A stretch of DNA of 64,000 nucleotides from an uncultured virus (IMG/VR IMGVR_UViG_3300021197_001080) (taxonomy: Duplodnaviria; Heunggongvirae; Uroviricota; Caudoviricetes), in the IMG/VR virus record IMGVR_UViG_3300021197_001080; one strand, 5' to 3'. A model generated the notes under the pieces. It had not been told where the DNA came from. It made no database searches and saw nothing but the letters and a program-made list of their open reading frames with translations. Positions within the stretch are counted from its first letter, which is position 1. Every line of letters begins with the position of its first letter. Shown here one piece after another: positions 1 through 8,355 of the stretch. Both the position numbers and the translations under genes were made by a program.

Positions 1-132
1 GCTTATTGGGGCAAATTGAGCAAAATGATGTGGAACCTCGGTGAAGACTTCGTGGTGAAGCCCAAATACAACGCAGAAGAGGGAGAATGGGAAGAAGACC
101 ACACCCTACCTCTTCCATTTGAACGCCCCTGA
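1..132 (+). CDS. 3' end of hypothetical protein (runs off window edge)
   Basis: Open frame from base 1 (AYWGKLSK...PFERP*) ending TGA at 132. Confidence 0.5.
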   Translation, partial: AYWGKLSKMMWNLGEDFVVKPKYNAEEGEWEEDHTLPLPFERP

Positions 133-145
133 ATAGGGGTAAAAC

Positions 146-157
146 GGCCTTCGGGCC
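146..157 (+). terminator. GGCC-TTCG-GGCC hairpin (cUUCGg tetraloop), possible terminator/processing signal
   Basis: 4-bp GC stem with the stable C(UUCG)G loop just after a stop codon; adjacent hairpin cccct-gaat-agggg. Confidence 0.35.
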
Positions 158-234
158 ACAATAGTCACAAAGTTATGACCATATGGTGGGAACTTTGTGA
201 ATCACCTTATTGTCCGGAAGCGTGACGCTTTACC

Positions 235-528
235 ATGCGTAAGATTACCCGTGATGCCCATTATGCCTTCATGCACCGCCAGAACTTCAAGCGAGACAAT
301 ACCGAAGTAAAGCAACATAACGAGGTCTCTGCCTCGCTTTATCTCCACGGCAATAAAATTGCATGGATGGACGAAACGGGTATTTTCATCAATCATCGTG
401 GTTGGTCAACTGTCACCACCAAAGAACGCTTGAACGGCCTCTGCGGAATCACCATCCGCCAGCATAACTTTCAATGGTTCGTTAATGGTATGGGCTGGGA
501 CGGCTCAACGCTTAGAATCGGTGACTGA
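235..528 (+). CDS. hypothetical protein (97 aa)
   Basis: ATG-started ORF with globular, protein-like composition. Confidence 0.65.
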   Translation: MRKITRDAHYAFMHRQNFKRDNTEVKQHNEVSASLYLHGNKIAWMDETGIFINHRGWSTVTTKERLNGLCGITIRQHNFQWFVNGMGWDGSTLRIGD

Positions 529-847
529 TTAGTCCAGTTGCCCCACGCAACATCGGAAAGCCGTAGAAGCATCACCTAGCCGGGTGCTTCCGTCTTACCC
601 CAAAACAATGGGGGGATAGGCGCAATAACTTAGGCGGCTCATGGCGGGCAGGTAAGCCATGAGTCAGCCGCACTAGGGGTTTATTCCCTCAAAGCGTTAT
701 ACAACCATATGGCTTTGTTCCAAATTTTTATTTTCCCATTCACTTTAAAGCAAAGCGAATCAATGCCTCTGAATCAATGTAAATCGCACCAAGATACCGG
801 CTTTTGACCAAAACGAATAACTAGTTTGGCCATTTGCCTACCAATTA

Positions 848-1147
848 ATGCCTACCCCTACTTTACGCAACGAAGATAGAACGCAACAAACAATACCGTT
901 TGAGCAACGGGCTGAATTAGACCAACTAATAGGAAAGATACAAGAGGCACGAAAATCCGTTCAGCAATACACGAAAGATGGTTCTAAATTAGATAAGAAT
1001 ACTTTAAATTACCTCAAATCAATCAATAATCAATTAAATTACTTTAAAAGAGATTTATCTAATTACCTTAATCCAGCAACGAAACAGAAATTGATTATAG
1101 ATAAACCAAACGACATTAAACAAACAAAACAAAGCAAATTGCTTTAG
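848..1147 (+). CDS. hypothetical AT-rich, basic helical protein
   Basis: 99-aa ORF in a very AT-rich stretch; no recognisable motif. Confidence 0.4.
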   Translation: MPTPTLRNEDRTQQTIPFEQRAELDQLIGKIQEARKSVQQYTKDGSKLDKNTLNYLKSINNQLNYFKRDLSNYLNPATKQKLIIDKPNDIKQTKQSKLL

Positions 1148-1341
1148 TGTCTTATATTTTTATCCTGTAAATACATTGTTTATGCTTTAAAGTAGAACGC
1201 TAGTCCCAAAAAAATTCCGAGCGATTTTTTGAGAATTTTTTTCCCGTTAATTTTAGTGCGTTAAATTGGTTCCCGAAATGCTTTATTACTAGTGTGGCAT
1301 GGGTATCGCTAAAGCGGTTGTTCCGAGAGTAGGTGACTATT

Positions 1342-1650
1342 ATGTGGAAAGATGAGATTAGGAAAAACATATTTGATGAAGACTCCGAAGAGATGACTGA
1401 TTTTATGAATGTCAGTCCTCGGATGAAGCAAGAGGCTGAAAAGAGAAAGGGATATCGGGGTGGCCCTAAAGATGTAGAAAGAAAAGTTCAAACTCTTCGT
1501 GGAATTAAAAAGGACTTAGGAGAAAAGATAGGAATATTGTATTCTACTGAGTTTATGGCTGGATTCCCGAAAGATTCTGCTGACGATATTATGGAAGTGG
1601 TCAAACACTTAAAAGCGGCTTTTGAAATTCTACAAGACTTTGGTGAGTAG
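1342..1650 (+). CDS. small W-tag protein (MWKDEIRK...)
   Basis: AGGTGA SD 7-8 nt upstream of ATG 1342; helical ORF. Confidence 0.7.
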   Translation: MWKDEIRKNIFDEDSEEMTDFMNVSPRMKQEAEKRKGYRGGPKDVERKVQTLRGIKKDLGEKIGILYSTEFMAGFPKDSADDIMEVVKHLKAAFEILQDFGE

Positions 1651-1667
1651 GGCCAGAAGGTGATATT

Positions 1668-1910
1668 ATGTGGGAAAAAGTGCTAAAATACGAAACTGAG
1701 TGGGAATCCGAGGAAGCGTTTAACAGAGCGCAACCCCAAAATGTCATGTATTCAATGTTAGAAGAAACAGATGGGCCGGATGATATTCAGGAATTAGTAA
1801 TGATGCTATTACAGGAACTAGAAAGAAACCTTCCTGTTGAGAAAGTTCGTAAAATACTTTACAATATTAGGGCTGATTTAAATAACCCAGATAGAAAGTC
1901 CAACTTCTGA
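1668..1910 (+). CDS. small W-tag protein (MWEKVLK...)
   Basis: AGGTGATATT SD before ATG. Confidence 0.7.
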   Translation: MWEKVLKYETEWESEEAFNRAQPQNVMYSMLEETDGPDDIQELVMMLLQELERNLPVEKVRKILYNIRADLNNPDRKSNF

Positions 1911-1948
1911 AAAAAATTCCGAGCAAAATTTTGAGAAAAGGTGATAAT

Positions 1949-2365
1949 ATGAGTTGGAAAAAAATAATCAAACAAGAACGACAAGGGCCAATGCGGGAAG
2001 ATGATATTAGACTTCTTCCTTCCGGTTCTAAAGAAAGAGCAGATGAGTTCATAAGAAGAACAAAACCTATTGAGAGAGATATTAAGCGTTCTGCAACGGC
2101 TATTGCTAGTCTTCTTTCCGACCCAAGAATGGGAGATATTGAGATTAGAGGAAAGGATGGGGCAAGAATAAAAAGCACTTATCGTCATTTGGCTGATTTA
2201 ATGAAAGGAGTGGCTAAATTGTATATGGAAATTTATGGTGATGTTGATTCTGCTAGAAACCCCGATGAAAGGCAAAAGTACTCCGGCTCCGAGGGCATGA
2301 GGCGGGTCAAGGATGATTTATTGGATTCTTCTAAAAAATTAAGAGAAATGTCTGATGGGTACTAA
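1949..2365 (+). CDS. small W-tag protein (MSWKKIIK...)
   Basis: Start moved to ATG 1949, after the AGGTGAT SD in the repeat. Confidence 0.7.
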   Translation: MSWKKIIKQERQGPMREDDIRLLPSGSKERADEFIRRTKPIERDIKRSATAIASLLSDPRMGDIEIRGKDGARIKSTYRHLADLMKGVAKLYMEIYGDVDSARNPDERQKYSGSEGMRRVKDDLLDSSKKLREMSDGY

Positions 2366-2399
2366 AATTCCGAGCAAAATTTTGAGAAAAGGTGATATT

Positions 2400-2609
2400 A
2401 TGTGGAAAGATGAAATTAGAAAACAAAGGTCAGATGAACAACAACTTAGAATGGACATTTTAGATTTTGCTGATGATACAATGAGCAGGATTTTGGTGGA
2501 TTTCAGAAAAATGTTTAAAGATGATACTATTCGTGGGGATGATAGTTATTTTTTGGATTTTAGGCAAAAGTTAAGAGAGTTTGCCTTAGATTATGCAGGA
2601 TTAGAGTAA
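2400..2609 (+). CDS. small W-tag protein (MWKDEIRK...)
   Basis: Start moved to ATG 2400 after SD; first 8 aa identical to the 1342 ORF. Confidence 0.7.
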   Translation: MWKDEIRKQRSDEQQLRMDILDFADDTMSRILVDFRKMFKDDTIRGDDSYFLDFRQKLREFALDYAGLE

Positions 2610-2641
2610 AAATTACGAGCAGAGTTTTTGAGGTGATTAAG

Positions 2642-2887
2642 ATGAATTGGCAAGTTGTTCTCAAAAGAGCCTCCAAGTTTGAGGCGGCTATTGCAGAAGA
2701 GTTTGCTGGCGAAGACATGTCTAGAGGTAGGATGAAGAGACACATTGCCTATCAAAAAGCATACCGCCAAGGTGGTTATGCGCCTTCGGAAAAAACCATT
2801 CGTGAAAAAATGGAAGAGGTTTCTGAAGCAGATATTGACACCTACTTGGAAAGAAGGCGAAATAAGTTTACTGAGGAGAATGCTTGA
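2642..2887 (+). CDS. small W-tag protein (MNWQVVLKR...)
   Basis: GAGGTGA SD upstream of ATG 2642. Confidence 0.7.
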   Translation: MNWQVVLKRASKFEAAIAEEFAGEDMSRGRMKRHIAYQKAYRQGGYAPSEKTIREKMEEVSEADIDTYLERRRNKFTEENA

Positions 2888-3053
2888 TATGGATGCCTAC
2901 TTGGATGATTTTGTTAGTGGAGTGATGGAAAACATGCAGTACCGAAATGGAATCTTTAAGCAATGGTGGGACTATAGCACCGTGATTCTGTTTATGGTTT
3001 GCATTTCTCCTTTTCTCGCTTTAGGTGTTTTGAAATACAGGTTTTGGGGTTGA
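2880..3053 (+). CDS. small membrane protein
   Basis: GGAG SD, ATG 2880/2889; C-terminal hydrophobic stretch VILFMVCISPFLALGVL. Confidence 0.5.
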   Translation: MLDMDAYLDDFVSGVMENMQYRNGIFKQWWDYSTVILFMVCISPFLALGVLKYRFWG

Positions 3054-3057
3054 TTAA

Positions 3058-3339
3058 ATGGAATGGCTAGAAATTTTGAAAGTGCTGGGAGCAGAAGACT
3101 TCCTTAGAGATGTGCAAAGTGTGATTGGTGGGAAGATTACCCGCCCTAAATCTAAGTTCTACAAACTGTTGTTGAGCGGGGGCAAAGTTCCCGTTGAGGT
3201 GACGAGAGACAAGACTGGAATTTACACTATTTTGGTGAAGCACAAAGAAGGCGGCTATGCTAATTTTAGCCGTGTGTCTGATTTGAACAGGATTGTTGAG
3301 AAGGTTCACAGGGAGTTTGAGCAGTATGACATGGCTTGA
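3058..3339 (+). CDS. small W-tag protein (MEWLEILK...)
   Basis: Tightly packed ORF with the recurrent N-terminal motif. Confidence 0.7.
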   Translation: MEWLEILKVLGAEDFLRDVQSVIGGKITRPKSKFYKLLLSGGKVPVEVTRDKTGIYTILVKHKEGGYANFSRVSDLNRIVEKVHREFEQYDMA

Positions 3340-3622
3340 AATTGTAAAGAACCAAGTTGTTTATACTGGGACTTGTCCGAAGTGTGGCTATTTCTTTTCG
3401 CAGGGCGGAAACAAAAGTTGCCCGGAGGACCTACCGGCGAAAACTTCTTCTCACATGCAAAATGTTGATTCCTGTCCTATGAAAGTAAAACAACCAAATA
3501 GTGAGGAACTCCTGCGTGGACTGGGGGCAGTCACAACTGGCTCTGCACCCAATCTATTCAATGTGACTTATGGGGGTAAAAAACATGGTAAGAGCAAAAA
3601 AACTAGAGAAGACGACGAGTAA
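3326..3622 (+). CDS. small W-tag protein with Cys cluster (MTWLEIVK...CPKC)
   Basis: Internal ATG 3326 gives the recurrent motif; CxxC..C..C. Confidence 0.65.
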   Translation: MTWLEIVKNQVVYTGTCPKCGYFFSQGGNKSCPEDLPAKTSSHMQNVDSCPMKVKQPNSEELLRGLGAVTTGSAPNLFNVTYGGKKHGKSKKTREDDE

Positions 3623-4763
3623 TTTCAACGGAACTCCTCTTGCTCAAGCAATGAAGGACAACAAGTTTGTCCAAGAATTCCAACAATGGGAGGCTAACTG
3701 CCGAAGTATTAGTGGTGCTGACCTCAAAGTGAAGAACATCCCAACTCTTTACGACATGCTTAATGAGCACATTACTTCAGACAATGTAAGGGAAAATAGC
3801 CGGAATAAAGGGGCTGGAAATGTAAACAATGCAGTTGGTTCTATTTTGAATGAACTTTCCGAAATCTTCAATGGCGATACTTTCACTGTAGCGGAAGTTC
3901 TCAAGATACAAGAAGAAGCAGAGTTCTTGGCTGAAATGGAAGGGTCGGATTTGCTTGACCCTGCTTTTATTCTCTTTACTGAGCAAGTTTATACTTCAAC
4001 TGGGCGAAAGCGTGGAGACCCAGTTGAGAACCTTGGTCACTACAGAACTAAGACCTATGTTGACAGAATGAAGGCAAAGAATAGGGATGACGGTTTGGGC
4101 GGTCCAGTTGATGCTAGGTGGCTTTCCGGTAACAACCCACCTCACGAAGCATTGTTCTCTACGGGGCCAAACCAGTGGGCAAAACCAAGAGGTTTGTTGC
4201 CTATTTTGCAAAGTGCAGAAGAAAATCTTAGAGACATTAAAATCCAAGACATTCAAATTACTCAAGAGAAGGCAGATGTTGGGATTTCTAGTTTGAATAA
4301 AGTTAGCGTGATTCGTGACTTCTTTAACAATGTGGTCAACACACAGGGATTTTGGAGAAGAGGTCAAGGTAAACTTATGCCCTCCAATGTCCAAAAGCAA
4401 ATAGCCGCTATGGATTTTAGCGGCTTGAGGAAAAAAGATAAGGAAATTATCCGTGAAGTTGCTGGACTTGGTAATCGGAGTGAAAAGGCCAGTCTATTTG
4501 GTGATGTAGATTCGTTTGAATTGAAACTCAGCACCAAGGCAGTTGTTACTTTGGTCAATCAAGCACTCAAAAGAAAGGGTAAAACGGACGGCTACCTCCG
4601 TGCTCCCGATGGCTACATTGCGTGGCAGTCTGCTATTTCTGGTGGTTTTGACTACCGAAAGGTGCGTTCCGAAGTTAACCCCGACAAATACAAAGACAAG
4701 AACTCTAGGAGCGCACAAGCAAAAGTGATTTCTAAGGGTTGGATTGATGTTCTACGGGGTTGA
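3585..4763 (+). CDS. hypothetical protein with C-terminal W-tag (ISKGWIDVLRG*)
   Basis: ~390-aa ORF; GGGGGT SD-like run before ATG 3585. Confidence 0.75.
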   Translation: MVRAKKLEKTTSNFNGTPLAQAMKDNKFVQEFQQWEANCRSISGADLKVKNIPTLYDMLNEHITSDNVRENSRNKGAGNVNNAVGSILNELSEIFNGDTFTVAEVLKIQEEAEFLAEMEGSDLLDPAFILFTEQVYTSTGRKRGDPVENLGHYRTKTYVDRMKAKNRDDGLGGPVDARWLSGNNPPHEALFSTGPNQWAKPRGLLPILQSAEENLRDIKIQDIQITQEKADVGISSLNKVSVIRDFFNNVVNTQGFWRRGQGKLMPSNVQKQIAAMDFSGLRKKDKEIIREVAGLGNRSEKASLFGDVDSFELKLSTKAVVTLVNQALKRKGKTDGYLRAPDGYIAWQSAISGGFDYRKVRSEVNPDKYKDKNSRSAQAKVISKGWIDVLRG

Positions 4764-5431
4764 TTTTTGTGGTGACTAGAAAGCGATGCTCTCTTTGTCA
4801 GCACGAAGACAGAGAAGAACTTGAGCGAATGCTTGAAGGTGCAGAGATTTCTTGTGATGCTCTTGATGAAAGAGAGGATTGGAGAAGCGGAACTGCGGCT
4901 CAACATCAGCGAAACCACATGGGCGAGTTTGAGATGTCTTCAAATCCAAAGTGTGTAATTTGCACAGACCCAATGAGAAAACACTACGAGGTTGGTCTTA
5001 GTGAAGGTGAACTTAGCGCAGAAGATTTGGCTAGCGCACTTGACACCACTAAGACGCAAGTTCATCGCCATATGAAACATCATCTTCAACCCCTTGTTCA
5101 GCAAAGTGCGGCAACAATGCTGGCTAAAAAAGAAATCAATGAGGTGGATATGATTAGTTCCAATATTCAAAAGTTGGACATGAGGCTTGACCAAGTGTTC
5201 AATGACTTAAGCAACGACCTTGACCCAAAGATGGTTGATGCCTTGACAAAGTTGGCTAGAGAGATTCGTGAATCGTTGCGCTTTTCCCTTGAAGCCAAGG
5301 GCAAGTTAATTAGCAAGCGTCAAGACACCATTATTGTCGCACAGATGCAGGTTGTTCAAGAAGTGCTTTCGCAGAACAATCCAGAGATTTGGCTGGATAT
5401 TAAAAGTAAAATGCAGGAGAGATTACAATGA
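4760..5431 (+). CDS. putative terminase small subunit (duplicated CxxC/HxxxH Zn-HTH modules + helical C-terminus)
   Basis: CSLC...HQRNH and CVIC...HMKHH repeats followed by an oligomerisation-like helical region; lies upstream of TerL. Function inferred. Confidence 0.45.
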   Translation: MIFVVTRKRCSLCQHEDREELERMLEGAEISCDALDEREDWRSGTAAQHQRNHMGEFEMSSNPKCVICTDPMRKHYEVGLSEGELSAEDLASALDTTKTQVHRHMKHHLQPLVQQSAATMLAKKEINEVDMISSNIQKLDMRLDQVFNDLSNDLDPKMVDALTKLAREIRESLRFSLEAKGKLISKRQDTIIVAQMQVVQEVLSQNNPEIWLDIKSKMQERLQ

Positions 5432-5817
5432 GTTGGGAAAATATATTGAAACAATTCAACTTAACCGAGTTATCTAAACTAATCACACAATTACACACAA
5501 TTCAAGAAGCAATTAAAAAAATGAATCTTGAAGAAGTAAGCGATATGTATGGAAAAAAGGCAAACGATGGACTGAGGGATGCAGTAGATGGTTTGATTAT
5601 GATAGAACACGAACCTACTTTACAGAAAAGAGAAATAAGAGTAGGGCAGGCAACATATTCCGATGGAAATACCTTTATTGAAGGACTCACTATCGGACAG
5701 GCATTAAAGGGATTGAGAAAAAAAGCAACAGAAGTTGAACATAGTGCTGAATTAAGTAAGCCATATGACGAGGCTATTTCTATGTTGTTAAAAGTCATTA
5801 AAGTGTTAGAAGGCTAA
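5428..5817 (+). CDS. small W-tag protein (MSWENILKQ...)
   Basis: ATG within the repeat, overlapping the upstream stop. Confidence 0.7.
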   Translation: MSWENILKQFNLTELSKLITQLHTIQEAIKKMNLEEVSDMYGKKANDGLRDAVDGLIMIEHEPTLQKREIRVGQATYSDGNTFIEGLTIGQALKGLRKKATEVEHSAELSKPYDEAISMLLKVIKVLEG

Positions 5818-5833
5818 TGCAGGAGAGATTACA

Positions 5834-6097
5834 ATGAGTTGGAAAGAAGAAATTAAGAAAGATGATGAGGCGACTCGTCTTTTAGAAGAAAGGGTTGCTA
5901 GAGATAAAGGCTATTGGCAAGGGATGGATTTTGGGCGTAGGAATCCCGAAGCCGCAAGATTAGATAAAGTATTGAATAAGATTTTAGGAGATTTAAATGG
6001 TCTTTTGGATGAAGAGTTTGTAGGAACGGAAGTGCATGATGCTTTTGATAAATTATCAAAGGAATTATTTGACCCTTCTAATAGAAAACACCCATAA
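5834..6097 (+). CDS. small W-tag protein (MSWKEEIKK...)
   Basis: ATG within the repeat. Confidence 0.7.
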   Translation: MSWKEEIKKDDEATRLLEERVARDKGYWQGMDFGRRNPEAARLDKVLNKILGDLNGLLDEEFVGTEVHDAFDKLSKELFDPSNRKHP

Positions 6098-6109
6098 GGA
6101 GTGATTACA

Positions 6110-6340
6110 ATGAGTTGGGCAAATATACTAAAAGAAGGCTTTGAAGATATTGACTCTTTTATTAAACGAATTAAACAAATTAACACTAACGCTATGAATG
6201 TCTTTAAGGAATTTGACGCTAAAACCGAAAGTGCGTTTCAGTCAATAGAACTGCAAGATTTAGCAACGGCTATTATTGATATGGGTGAGGCTGTTAAGGC
6301 TCTAGAAAAAATGAGAAAAATGCAAGAGAGATTACAATGA
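6110..6340 (+). CDS. small W-tag protein (MSWANILKE...KMQERLQ*)
   Basis: ATG within the repeat; ends in the same KMQERLQ as ORF 4760-5431. Confidence 0.7.
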   Translation: MSWANILKEGFEDIDSFIKRIKQINTNAMNVFKEFDAKTESAFQSIELQDLATAIIDMGEAVKALEKMRKMQERLQ

Positions 6341-8352
6341 GTTGGGAAGGAATATTGAAGCAAGATGTTTTGCCGACGAGGACTTCCAGCCTTGCCTTGG
6401 CTCTTGCTCAAGTAAACGAGTTTGAGAAACTTCTCAATATGGTGGAGGCTGAGGAAACCATACCGAGAAAATTCAGAGATATGACGAATTCTCTCAAAAA
6501 CAAGAATGATTTCTTGAAGAATCAGTTCATTAACATCTATGCCCCAATGGAAGGGGCAACAGTTGACGAACTTTGGGAAAGAATGCAGGTGCTTTTGGAG
6601 GCAATGGAGCCTAAAATGGGCAGAAAATCCGAAGCAATGAGAGACAAATTGCTTTCTGCCTACAAAAATCCGAAACAATACCGGGATTTCATTGCAGAGT
6701 TGAAGGAAAACCCTTTGACGGCTGAACAACTTAAGCGACTCTCTAGCGTTAAAGCAAGAGAAGCCTATAGAAAAATCATGGAACCTGCCGAAAGTGAAGT
6801 TGAAGGTATTACCATGCCCTTCAAATTTAAGGCTGGAAGTGGTCCTTCTAAAAAACAATTCACTGATGCGTTGGTTTTCCTAAGCCAAAGTCCAAAAATT
6901 ACCCGAAGTGGTAACAATTTGGTCTTTGATGCGAAAGATATGGCCGAAGTTTCTAGAATTCTTAGGTTTGGGACCAAAGAAGGTGAACCTCTCCCGCCCG
7001 AAAGGGGGTCATTTGACAGATTTTTGAAGCCATTCATGGTAAGAACTGCTCAAGCAGAGCAAATTGCAATGCCCAAGATGAAAATTAGCGAAGCATTGAG
7101 TGACTCTCTATTAACAGGCAAGGAATATACGGTGAAGGCCAACCTTTCCCAGCAAGATTTCACTGATTACTTGGAAGTTCTCAACAAATCTAGAGTTGCA
7201 GTTCAAAGATACCTTCCAAAATCAAGAGGAGCAAGCGAAGGTATTGCTGATGAAGTGTATTTGTCTTCGGCAAAAGTCGCAACACTTTCGCCATACGGTT
7301 CTTTGGTTCTAAAAAGTGACTTTGGGCAAAATTGGAGAGAACAATTCTTCGGGAATGTCAAACTATCTTCACTTTTATCAAAGAAAAACGCAGAACAGGC
7401 CGTCATTACGGACATTTTAGAGGAATTGCGTTCAACTCCGGTAGAAAATCGCAAGAATGCTAAATTATATGGGGCTTTGAGTCTTGAACCGTTTGCTGAA
7501 ATCAACCTCAACAAGAAAACAAAGGGAAAGACCGAAAACCAGTACGCTAGAGACCGCATTCTTGAGATTATTCGTGGAAGTTCCGGACTTACAGATATGC
7601 TCAACGCACAATCTTCTGCAAAACAGAGAAATACTGTCAAGCAGATGCAAGACGACGCTACTCTACTGACGATTTCTGAAGCAATTGAAGCCCAAAAGCA
7701 AAATGGTGGCAAAATCCTCTACTACGATAGTTCCCTCAAGCAATTGGAGGACACTTCTCAAATTCAAACCAGTGGAATGTACGCTAGAGTCCGGGTTGGT
7801 GATAGAACCCTTACACGGGATGGTATTAAAGTTGAAGAACTCAGCCCCAAGAGTGCAAGAGTCGCCCAACAAATTCGGGATTTGATTGCTTCTCCCACGG
7901 ATGATTCTACGCTAGCAGATATTGTGTCTAACTTGGTTGCCGAAGGTAAAATTGAGAATGTTTTGCAGAGAAGTGGGAGAAGAAATCGCCTTGAGCAAGT
8001 GAGTATTGAGAATGGCCTTATTTTTCTCATTGAAATGGGAGCACAGTATGGGGATGAATCCCTAAAGGAAACAATGGACAAAGCCATTATCATGGGAACC
8101 GGCTCTAGAGAGCAATTCAAAGAAATGGGAACAAGCCGCAGAGTTTTGAGAAAAGAGGTTAGTGCGGAGTTGGATAGGATAGACAAATCTATGTCAAATA
8201 CTTTAGAAACATATAAAAATGGAATGCTAGAAGCACTATCTGTAAAGTTGAGCGAGATTGCTCAAAATTACGAGAAGTTGATTGGGTCAAACCCGGAAGC
8301 AGTTGAGAGAATCATTGGGAACTTACTAAGAAAGGGACTATTGGGGGAGTAA
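6337..8352 (+). CDS. large helical W-tag protein (MSWEGILKQ...), candidate internal virion protein
   Basis: 671-aa ORF, no catalytic motif seen. Confidence 0.75.
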   Translation: MSWEGILKQDVLPTRTSSLALALAQVNEFEKLLNMVEAEETIPRKFRDMTNSLKNKNDFLKNQFINIYAPMEGATVDELWERMQVLLEAMEPKMGRKSEAMRDKLLSAYKNPKQYRDFIAELKENPLTAEQLKRLSSVKAREAYRKIMEPAESEVEGITMPFKFKAGSGPSKKQFTDALVFLSQSPKITRSGNNLVFDAKDMAEVSRILRFGTKEGEPLPPERGSFDRFLKPFMVRTAQAEQIAMPKMKISEALSDSLLTGKEYTVKANLSQQDFTDYLEVLNKSRVAVQRYLPKSRGASEGIADEVYLSSAKVATLSPYGSLVLKSDFGQNWREQFFGNVKLSSLLSKKNAEQAVITDILEELRSTPVENRKNAKLYGALSLEPFAEINLNKKTKGKTENQYARDRILEIIRGSSGLTDMLNAQSSAKQRNTVKQMQDDATLLTISEAIEAQKQNGGKILYYDSSLKQLEDTSQIQTSGMYARVRVGDRTLTRDGIKVEELSPKSARVAQQIRDLIASPTDDSTLADIVSNLVAEGKIENVLQRSGRRNRLEQVSIENGLIFLIEMGAQYGDESLKETMDKAIIMGTGSREQFKEMGTSRRVLRKEVSAELDRIDKSMSNTLETYKNGMLEALSVKLSEIAQNYEKLIGSNPEAVERIIGNLLRKGLLGE

Positions 8353-8355
8353 AAA

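Larger units (their letters stand above)
1211..2650 (+). repeat. dispersed intergenic repeat AAAATTCCGAGCxxxxTTTTGAG(AAAAGGTGAT)
   Basis: Copies at ~1211, ~1913, ~2364 and degenerate ~2609. The copies at 1913 and 2364 are identical over ~34 bp and include the AGGTGA SD. Confidence 0.85.
5408..6363 (+). repeat. four direct repeats ATGCAGGAGAGATTACAATGAGTTGG bounding three small genes
   Basis: Copies at 5411, 5817, ~6097 (partial) and 6320. The outer copies match over ~47 bp (5408-5454 vs 6317-6363). Confidence 0.9.

Noticed and set aside
1931..2399. Longer upstream starts given by the ORF track (1931, 2355; also 3293, 14944, 27980)
   Set aside because: SD position and overlap with upstream genes support the downstream ATGs.
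1211..6363. Repeats as a CRISPR array
   Set aside because: The spacers are 200-450 bp whole genes, not 25-45 bp, and the repeats include SD/start codons.
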